Of a DNA stretch of 64,000 nucleotides, positions 55,163-64,000 are shown one piece after another (the stretch's first letter is position 1; each line of letters starts with the position of its first letter). A program made the translations under genes and the position numbers. The stretch lies in the NCBI GenBank assembly GCA_963693365.1, contig CAVNZM010000013.1, positions 7,643,898 through 7,707,897 on the forward strand. The letters run 5' to 3'. Under the pieces are notes generated by a model that was given only the letters and a program-made list of their open reading frames with translations, was not told the origin of the DNA and did no database searches. Source of the DNA: Amoebidium appalachense (Eukaryota; Protista; Ichthyosporea).

Positions 55163-55792
55163 ATGATTCTTGATGCAAGTCTCCTTCAGCCCAACTTTTT
55201 CCATGGGCCTATTGGGCTTAGTGATGTCCACTTTATGGACCTTGACAAGCAAAGCAAACCAGCAAAGGTCCAACCTACACCCACACCCACACCGGCACCG
55301 GCACCCGCACCCGCACAACCAAAGCAGCAAAGCTGTGTTGACTATATGTATCTGGACTTTGTCGAGCCCCCCAGACCACAACCAAAGAAGGAAGAGAAGA
55401 GTGTTGCCGACTATATGTGTCTCGACTTTGGTGCCCCTCCCCGTAGGCGCATGCAGCACCTAAGCATTCCTAAGGTTCAACCGAAGCAAGACACAGACAC
55501 GAGTGATGCTTCGTGGAGGTCTACCTGCTCTGAGGCCTTCGAGCGTCGTGTGAGGATTGACCCTTCTGTCTACTTCCACGACACATACGCAACAGGAAAA
55601 CAGTCCGAAGGTGACGAGGACAACGATGTTTACGACAGAAGTTCAGAGTATGCTGAGCCGTTGAAGGTCACACGTGAGATGGTCAAGGAAATTGACGACC
55701 TTAGACTTGAGCTTTTCCCTAACGGCGAGTTTTTCGGTTACAAGGAGCCCGTTGTTCAGACAAACCTGGACTTCGGTGGCTTTTTTATGTAA
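55163..55792 (+). CDS. Hypothetical disordered protein with repeated tyrosine motifs (209 aa, intronless)
   Basis: Long non-repetitive ORF with AAAATG start and upstream CCAAT/TATA. Contains VDYMYLDF, ADYMCLDF, DVYDR, SEYAEP and a Pro-rich linker. Confidence 0.82.
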   Translation: MILDASLLQPNFFHGPIGLSDVHFMDLDKQSKPAKVQPTPTPTPAPAPAPAQPKQQSCVDYMYLDFVEPPRPQPKKEEKSVADYMCLDFGAPPRRRMQHLSIPKVQPKQDTDTSDASWRSTCSEAFERRVRIDPSVYFHDTYATGKQSEGDEDNDVYDRSSEYAEPLKVTREMVKEIDDLRLELFPNGEFFGYKEPVVQTNLDFGGFFM

Positions 55793-56256
55793 TAGTACGC
55801 TTAAAAGGTTGTAGTTTGTTTATGCCCGAAGGTCAAAAGAAGTAGCGAATGAATGACGAATAATGACGAATAATTGTACAAATAACGATAGCGAACAATG
55901 TGCAGCTGGGTGCAGCACATATCCAACCAGGCTGGCCCTGGTTGGAACCGTATGTCTTTGAAAATAATTGTTATTCTAAACATAAAACCTGTCAGACGTT
56001 CAAAGATTGGAAGCCTGTGCACACCCTTGCCAGGCACAACCTCGGTGATAGCTGCACCTTGCAAAACATAATACAAGTAATGGACCCAGGCAGTACTTGA
56101 CGCGAGCTGACAAAAATACACAAGCGAATAGTGACAGCTACTCGCACGTGCACACGACACACACGGGCATAAATACAGAGTTCGCTGACAAACTACGCAT
56201 GCTTTGGCACGGGGTTGGGAACGAATTGGTGAAATTACCTTGGGACGAACTTTGCT

Positions 56257-56364
56257 GATTGATTTTGTGCTGTGCAAGTTTGCACGAGGCACTTGCACAG
56301 TCTTTTAAGATTGATTTTGTGCTGTGCAAGTTTGCACGAGGCACTTGCACAATCTTTTTAAGAT
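56257..56364. repeat. 52-bp tandem duplication with internal GTGCAAGT/ACTTGCAC palindrome
   Basis: Read directly; copies start at 56257 and 56309. Confidence 0.9.
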
Positions 56365-57144
56365 TATGTGGTTTTCAAGAAAGGTTTTTCGCATTGAGCG
56401 AGCTATAGCACACATGCATCTTTCTTCGTACACAGTTATCATAGTCTTATAGGCAATTTTGCTTTAAGTTGCGAGAGCACACACAACACGTGTCATATAT
56501 GTACGTGCAACCTTGCCTGCGCCGGCAATATTTACCTAGAGAACTGGCCTCTCCGGCATACAATGGAAAGAGTAAAGGAAAGAGTTTGGTCTCTTCATAA
56601 TGCAGTGCGCTTTTGAAAGTAGAAATCACCAAGTGCACTTCAATGGGTAACGCAGAACCAGTGAAGAAGCACTTACACATGTACACAGGTGCAAACTTTT
56701 AAGGCACCTTAAGTGTGCGGGGCACCTACTAACAACATGATCAATAACTGGTGCCGTGCACGCCTTTTTAAAGAGAGTCTTTCCATGCCGTCACAGGTCA
56801 ATTGAGTCAAACAATTACTAACAAGACCGTGCCCGGCCCGCCCCATAAACCACGAAAGCACCTACCCAGCGTACCATAGGCACAGTCAGTAGATAAGGAC
56901 TGTATAAACAAGATTTTGCAAAGACAATCCGCAAGACCACCTAGATCGCCAAGGCTTAGGCACGTGTGCGAGCACCCAGAGTCACAGACACACACACTGT
57001 AACGCATATACGTCAGGCCGAGAAATGAAGTGACTAACACTATTTACAAGCTTAAGGTGGGCATACAATGGACATGGCCATGGTGGTCCTTTATTGCGCG
57101 CGCGTGTGCGCTCGTGAGTGAGTGAGTGAGTGAGTGAGTGTGTG

Positions 57145-57226
<82 letters not shown>

Positions 57227-57811
57227 GGGGGAGAGGAGGAGCGGAAGCATTGGCAGATCGGACGGTGCGGCTCTGAGGGCCAGGTGCAGGGCAGATGGTG
57301 AAAGGAATGGAAGGGTTTAACCTGGCAGGCGGGGCGCCCGGGGGGGGGGGGGGGGGGGGAGGGGGGTTGGCGTTGGTGCTTTGTGTTTCTCTCTCTGTGT
57401 GTGTGTACGTGCGGGACTGTGTGTGTGCACGTGTGCACGCGCGCTCGTGTGTGTTTTGGAAAGGACAGGTTGGAGGTAGGGGAGGCGGGCATGGAGTGGG
57501 TGGGACAGTCATCTGTTGACTCCATGGCAGAGTAGAGATCCCAGGGCAAACCAGGGCAGGGTTGAAAAAGGAATGGACGCAGGGAAGGGGGGGGGGGGGG
57601 GGGGGGGGGGAGGGGGGGGTGCATGTGCAGCGACAGGGGTTAAGGGGGCCGGTTGAGGGGAGGTGGAGGGGGGATGTTAGCCTATTCAGCAAGGGGGGGG
57701 GGGAGAAGGGGGGGGGAGGGGGGGGGGGGGGAGGCCCCGGGGAGTTGGGAAGGAATAATAAGCTCTGAAGTCAAGTTCATAGCACACATGTACTACTGCT
57801 TTTACTTTAAC

Positions 57812-57950
57812 AGTTTTCTGATGTTCTCTAAGGCAGTTTCGGAAATTGTCTCTTATGTTTCAAATATCTTCAGCAAAAAAAGTTTTCTGATGTTCTCTAA
57901 GGCAGTTTCGGGAAACGTCCCCCATGTTTCAAATATTTTCAGCAAAAAAA
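57812..57950. repeat. 69-bp tandem duplication
   Basis: AGTTTTCTGATGTTCTCTAAGGCAGTTTCGG at 57812 and 57881. Confidence 0.9.
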
Positions 57951-58274
57951 GACTTGTCAAAGGTTCACTGAGGTCGTCGGAAGTATATATACATAGGCTA
58001 AGCCTTTTTCTTACAGTTTTGGGAAATTCCCATGCCCTATGCCAGCACACTGTCCGGTAAGGGCGGAAGAAAAACCTGGGAACCCGAAAAATTGAGTACA
58101 AATACGACACTCTTACCAATAATGTACAAGGGAATGCACAGCTGAGTCTGTACATAGTTTGTGTTATTTGATAGTTGAGAGATGGCGCAGAGCTAAAGCC
58201 AACTTTCATGCTTTTTTTCAGTTCAAACAAACCACGTGACACTTTGCACATGGTACACACACTCAAATATTCAC

Positions 58275-59297
58275 TTAGAAAACCGGGCCTGGTCTGACCG
58301 ACCTGAACGTTAACGGGACTAGGAACTGCTTGATATCCGGGGTCGTAGTCATAGTTTGGGGTGATGCGGTAATCTCGTCCCCAACCACACTCTCCAAGCT
58401 GCTATTCGAGCTCGAGGACTCAATCACTGTGTCATACCCTGGAACTGGGAAGACATTTGCACCGCATGTGTTGGGTATCTCCGACGTTTCATTGAAGGTT
58501 TGCACAACATCTGCTTGCTCCTGTGCGGGAGCTGAGCGAGCGGCTGCAACATCATAGTTATAGTCGGAGTCTATGAGAATGTGTGGGCTAATGCCAGTGT
58601 TTCTTCGTGAGATTGCGCCTAGAGTGGCGCCGAGAAGCTCCCTTGCCGTAGCCAAGTCGAGTGTGTGCACAATGACCTCGTCCAAGTTGTGAAACGCCCT
58701 GTGTAGGCGGGTGAGTACCTCTCTGTCCGTTAACGTGAGGGTGCTTTTTCCGTTTATGCTTGTAATCACCTCCCTTGCCTGAAGACCTGCTTTGTATGCC
58801 GTTGATCCGTATATGACGTCCGATATGTGCCCATTGCTGTAGACCACACCCAGGTAGTCGTACTCGGACATGGCACCAGGAATGGTGTACGTGTTTGTTA
58901 GGGGCTGTTCGATGATTTCCAGTTTTAGCCTTCTCGGCTCGTCAAGCGCACTTACAAACGCCTCCGGGTCCATACTTGCCGGAACAACCCCACCCACAAG
59001 GGATATCTCGTCTCCCCATCTCAGCCCGCTTCTATATGCGGAAGTGTATACGACATTCAATAGTGTGGACGAGTTCTTTGCTACTTGCTCAACATGTGCA
59101 ATGAGAGCCCGTCCGTTGTGAATGAGTATGTCTGCACCAAAGGGCTCCCTTGCATATTTTCGCAGGTCTACTTCGCGCTTTTGGGGTTTGTGCTCTGTGC
59201 GATTGACCATGCGTGATGTGCTGGGCTTTTGAACCAAGTGGGAAGAAATGGTGGCGTGTGGGTGGTAGGTACTGTTTGCAAGTGAAATAGGAGCCAT
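58275..59297 (-). CDS. Syntenin (SDCBP)-like tandem-PDZ protein; true start may be ATG 59210
   Basis: REVDLRK...FG, SAYRSGLRWGDEI, IIEQPLTNTYTI, LGVVYSNGHISDVIYGSTAYKAGL and ITSINGKSTLTLTD follow, from memory, syntenin PDZ1-PDZ2 (REVILCK, GLRFGDQV, RDRPFERTITM, VGFIFKNGKITSIV, INGQNVIGLKD). Confidence 0.85.
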   Translation of the reverse strand: MAPISLANSTYHPHATISSHLVQKPSTSRMVNRTEHKPQKREVDLRKYAREPFGADILIHNGRALIAHVEQVAKNSSTLLNVVYTSAYRSGLRWGDEISLVGGVVPASMDPEAFVSALDEPRRLKLEIIEQPLTNTYTIPGAMSEYDYLGVVYSNGHISDVIYGSTAYKAGLQAREVITSINGKSTLTLTDREVLTRLHRAFHNLDEVIVHTLDLATARELLGATLGAISRRNTGISPHILIDSDYNYDVAAARSAPAQEQADVVQTFNETSEIPNTCGANVFPVPGYDTVIESSSSNSSLESVVGDEITASPQTMTTTPDIKQFLVPLTFRSVRPGPVF

Positions 59298-59580
59298 TTC
59301 GAAGTGGCCACAGGGTTCTTTTCTTTGTTTGGTGAACCGCTACTGTACACGTGCTCACCTGCGTGCCCTAGTTCAATTGTGCAAATTGTTGAATGTGCTT
59401 AGAAGAACTATTAGTAGAATATGTGGACGAAGCAGGCTACTACTTCTAGACACGGTATCCTTTTTGCAACAACTTTAAAAGGCTGTGTTGCCAACTTTTT
59501 GACGGCCGTATGATGGCGAAACAGTTCCGAAACACGAAACAAAGGCAACACAAAACCGTCAGCATGTGCCGTTCCGCCGC

Positions 59581-59588
59581 TTTATATA
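59581..59588 (-). promoter_or_regulatory. Putative TATA box of the syntenin-like gene
   Basis: Minus strand TATATAAA with CCAAT motifs further upstream (~59611, ~59724). A candidate 5'-UTR intron runs 59358-59272 (GTGAGC...AAACAG). Confidence 0.5.
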
Positions 59589-60183
59589 TGCTGCTGGAAA
59601 ACTAATTTACACCAATAGGAAATCTGTATTTGTGAGCCAAAGCAAATTGCATGATTTTTTACAGCAACGATTCGCTTGTGGTTTTTTTAACACACATGCT
59701 TTGGGCGGTCTTACTTTCAACAGCCAATCTCTGCAATGAGCCACCCGAAAAAACGGCATGATTCTTACTCCCTCCTCATGTTCAATGTTCAGCCAACAAA
59801 TAAATGTACTTAACCAAATGTTATTGTACATGTAATTTTTGGTTTCTTTTGATACAAAGTAAACAAAGTTGTTTGAAGAAGCTCGAACTTGGTGGTGCTG
59901 GCAGCAGGGATCGAAATTCCCAAATACAATTTGGGAATTTCTTAAACTTTTTTTCTGGATTCCCAAAGAACCTCCGAGGGATTGGGGGGGGGGGGGGGGG
60001 GGGGGGGGGGCTCGAGGTGGGAGGGGTGGGGGGGAGGGGGGGGAGGGAGGGAGGGGGGGGGGGGGGGGAAGGGAGGGAGGGGGAGGGAATGGGGGAGGAT
60101 GAGGAGGACTGAGGACTCGAGTGGGCAGAGTGGACCGTGGGCGAATATTGCCACGGTGCCCATGGCCAGCATGACCCGGGGGA

Positions 60184-60251
<68 letters not shown>

Positions 60252-60372
60252 CAGCGGGGGCCCCGCGGCCGGTGGCCGGGATGGGGGGGCCGGGAGGGGG
60301 GGGGGGGGAAGGGGGGGGGGGGGGGAGAGGGGCTGGCTCTTTTGGGGGAGGCCGCGGGAGCTCGAGGGGGCG

Positions 60373-60403
<31 letters not shown>

Positions 60404-61855
60404 AAGGGGTAGTTTGCGGGGTGTGTGAGTGAGTCATAAAGTAGGCCACTGGGGCTCGGGGGTGAAGGGGGGGAGGGGACCCTCAGGAGGCCGTGTCTGT
60501 TTATGTTTTGTGCACCGTAATAAGACATGGCGCCAGATGTTTTCCCAAACGTTTTTCCCAAAGTTTTTTTGGCGAATCCCAAACAATTTGGACCCTACTC
60601 CAAAGTTTCAAAAACAGAATTCAAACCCTGTCTGGCCGCCTAAACTTCAGCAAAGCCGCGGCACGCGATTGGTTTCCATGAGAATGAGTATGATTTGATT
60701 GGTGGAATTATTTTAAGATATTTCATTGGTGGAAGATCGCTTTGAAGATAACATCATAATATACTTGCTGTGGGGCACGAAGAAATATATGTACAGCCTG
60801 AGAATCAAGGAATAAGCGAGGTCGGCCAGTAAAAAAAAATCTCGTGGAATAGTGCACGCGAAATACTGGTATTTTATTCCTATTGCGTTTAGCATAGCAA
60901 GTCGTACGGACTCATGGCAGCATTCTGCATTTCGCGGCAGGGCGAGCTAGCCGCGAATCGCCTAAGTAATTTGCGGAACTACTTTTTATAGCAACCTTGA
61001 ACCCATATAAGGGAAGACAGTTGCTTATTTTGGTGTGTGCGAACGACCAATCACTATTGAGTGCGAGATAAATGCATTACATAACCGTTACACTCACAAT
61101 CCACGGTCAAACAAGAAACATGTGCATGCACGTGGATTTCATTTGCTCAAGTTGAGAAACAATAAATCATTCGAAAAGTTTATAAAGTCACTTATTCATG
61201 AATCCCTATTGGGAGCAAGTAAGTAAGTATACTTTTTCAATAGAAAGGGCACAGATGGTTCTGTGTTGGCACACGTTTGAATTGTTAACTCCACCCAGAG
61301 CAGGCCGCTTAGCTTGAACGATGATAGCCTAAGTTGGCATGTGAGCCCACATTCGAATGAACCAAGCCGCACCTATATGACACAGTCAAGAATGGCACAC
61401 AAATACAAGCAGCGTATATCTGATCTGGTGAGACTAATCCCCGCACCCTCTCCTCCCCTTCTCCTCCCCTTTTTAAAGTCATACCACATCTCCCTCTTCC
61501 CCCCTCTGCAAACACACTCCCTGTGCCCACCCTGCTTCAGCCACTGATGCCTGCTCTTGAACTCCCATGTCTGGTGTGGGCGTTCTCCCCTCATTCACCT
61601 CGCTGGCACCTCGGAAGTGCTCACCCTTACCAGTTCACTTACTGTTCACATGACATAACCAACTGTTTTAACTTTCGTGTTGCGCGTCCTTTGATGTCAG
61701 GTTGATCACTCTCTCAACTCACAATCAGCTGACATGCATGCATCCAGTTACATAAGGTACACTATATAGCATTCCAACTTTCGCACATATGCAGGCCCAC
61801 ACACACAGCCACACACACACGCACACACGGGCACACAGCATACAGAAACACAAGG

Positions 61856-62044
<189 letters not shown>

Positions 62045-62255
62045 AGAGCACTTCCAAGTGCTACTCTATTGTTTTTCTCGGCAGTAGGTTCTTGTATGTG
62101 AGGTAGATGGGGGGAGAGGGTGTAGCGGGTAAGAGTATAGTGGGGGAATAAGAGAGGATTGGGTGGAGTGAGTCCGATCTCAAGTGCAGCGATCCTAAAT
62201 GTAGGCTTTGATGGCTGTTGCCGTTCACTAGACGTGATGGTGGTGGTGAAGGTGT

Positions 62256-62286
<31 letters not shown>

Positions 62287-62390
62287 GGGAGGGGGGGGAG
62301 GTGGAGGGGAAAAGGGGAGGGAGGGGGGGGGGGGAGGAGGAGAGGGGGGAAGGGGGGGGGGGGGGAGAGCGGAGGAATATGAAGAGATAA

Positions 62391-62460
<70 letters not shown>

Positions 62461-62782
62461 TGGTGGTGGTGATGGGGGGCGGGCGGAGGGACCGGGGAAA
62501 GGGGGGAGGGGAGGGAGGAGGAGGGAGGAGGAGGTAGGGGGGGGAGGATGGAGGGGGAGGGCTCCCTTAGAGGGGGAGGGTTTCCTTAGACGAGGTCGAC
62601 CGGTACGTACAAGAATTCCGCTCTGGGCCGGAACGAGATGGCTTTGGCGGGGGGGTGGGGGGGTGGGGGGGTGAGGTGGGGGGAGGCCGTAGGGGGGGGG
62701 GGGGGGGGGGGGGTGTTGAGGCGGGGAGGGGGGAAGGGGAGGGGGGAAAGGTGAGATAATACGGGGAGAAAGATAACCGGAG

Positions 62783-62925
<143 letters not shown>

Positions 62926-63631
62926 TGTGTGTTTATACGTGTGCGTGTTTGTGTTTGTGTGTTTGGCACTGTGTGTTTGGGGTGGGGCTGGGAGCGCCCG
63001 GGGAGGGGGGGGGGGGGGGAGAGGGAGGAGGAGGGGGGAGAGGAAGGGGGGAGGAGGGGAAGGGGCGAGGGAGTGACGGGTCAATTAGTATCATCAAGTG
63101 ACCTGAAATGGCACATTGCACTTCCATATATGGTCATTGCCAAATATGGGCATGATGCTGACCCATGCTCTGTTTGTAGGTGGGCAGGGCTGTGGGGCTG
63201 TCCTCTGAGGAGATCTTACCGTTTGTTGATTGGACGAAATCACGGACACATGGAGGTGGGCATAAGACGTCCCCCCCCCCCCCCCCTCCATCCCCCCCCC
63301 CCCCCCTCCATCCCCCCCCCCCCCCCTCCATCCCCCCCCCCCCCCCCCCCCCCCCCCGGAAAAAAAAGCCTCAAATCGATAAAGAAACATTTAACCGACA
63401 AAGTCAGCATTGCATCTCGGTTTCTTTATCTGGCAGTTGGCAAATGCTTAGAAATGGAGATGGAAACATATATAGGTCAAGCCAATGATTGAAACCCAAG
63501 TAAAACCGACATCTGTGTGAAAATATCATAACGATCCCCACACCACAAAAAGGCAAGCTAGGCCTTCATCAATCAAGCAAATACAACATTGCTGTGCTAG
63601 AGAGTGTTCCCCGAGACAAAGTCCTTTTTAC

Positions 63632-63688
<57 letters not shown>

Positions 63689-64000
63689 GGGGGGGGGGGG
63701 GGAGGGGGGGAGGGGGGGTATGGGAGGGGGGGGAGGGGGGAAGGGGGGGGGGGGGGGGGGGGGGGGATAAAAAATCCTCATCCACCGACTCACACATCGA
63801 ACAAATAAAGGCGAGGGAGGGGAAGGGAGGGGAAAGGGCGCGCGCGGGGGCAGGGGGGGGGGTAAGTGATTGCTTAGCTCCATATTCAGTTTATTCGGCT
63901 CTTCTCTGTCTCCCCCCTTCCCCCCCTGTCCCCTCCTCAAGTCACATGTTAGGTTATGGAAAGGTCTAACTCGCTTGGCTTTCGGTTCCAGATTTTTCCG

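Overview
Repeat-rich eukaryotic genomic DNA with GT-AG introns, CTRAC-type branch points and very many G/C homopolymers and (CA)n/(GA)n tracts. A syntenin-like gene and a phosphotyrosine-motif protein, together with a spherulin-4 gene, suggest a unicellular holozoan such as an ichthyosporean (inference only). Positions 1-19.3 kb are a three-level transposon nest. A Ngaro/DIRS tyrosine-recombinase retrotransposon (gag, RT, RNase H, YR; minus strand) has its YR gene split by a young non-autonomous LTR retrotransposon. That element's 5' LTR is in turn split by an 11.4-kb CACTA/EnSpm-like TIR element with a 2-bp TSD, which carries a 183-bp satellite and a tRNA-derived sequence. The rest holds an 8-exon GPI-anchored spherulin-4/GH135 gene (39370-43718, minus; not visible in the ORF track) and five genes with uninterrupted ORFs: a GFA/CENP-V protein, a Cys-rich HDEL micro-protein, a small single-pass membrane protein, a tandem-tyrosine-motif protein and a syntenin-like tandem-PDZ protein. 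There is also a dispersed repeat family with a covarying long hairpin. Most ORFs in the supplied track are microsatellite artefacts. All assignments are by eye; no searches were run.
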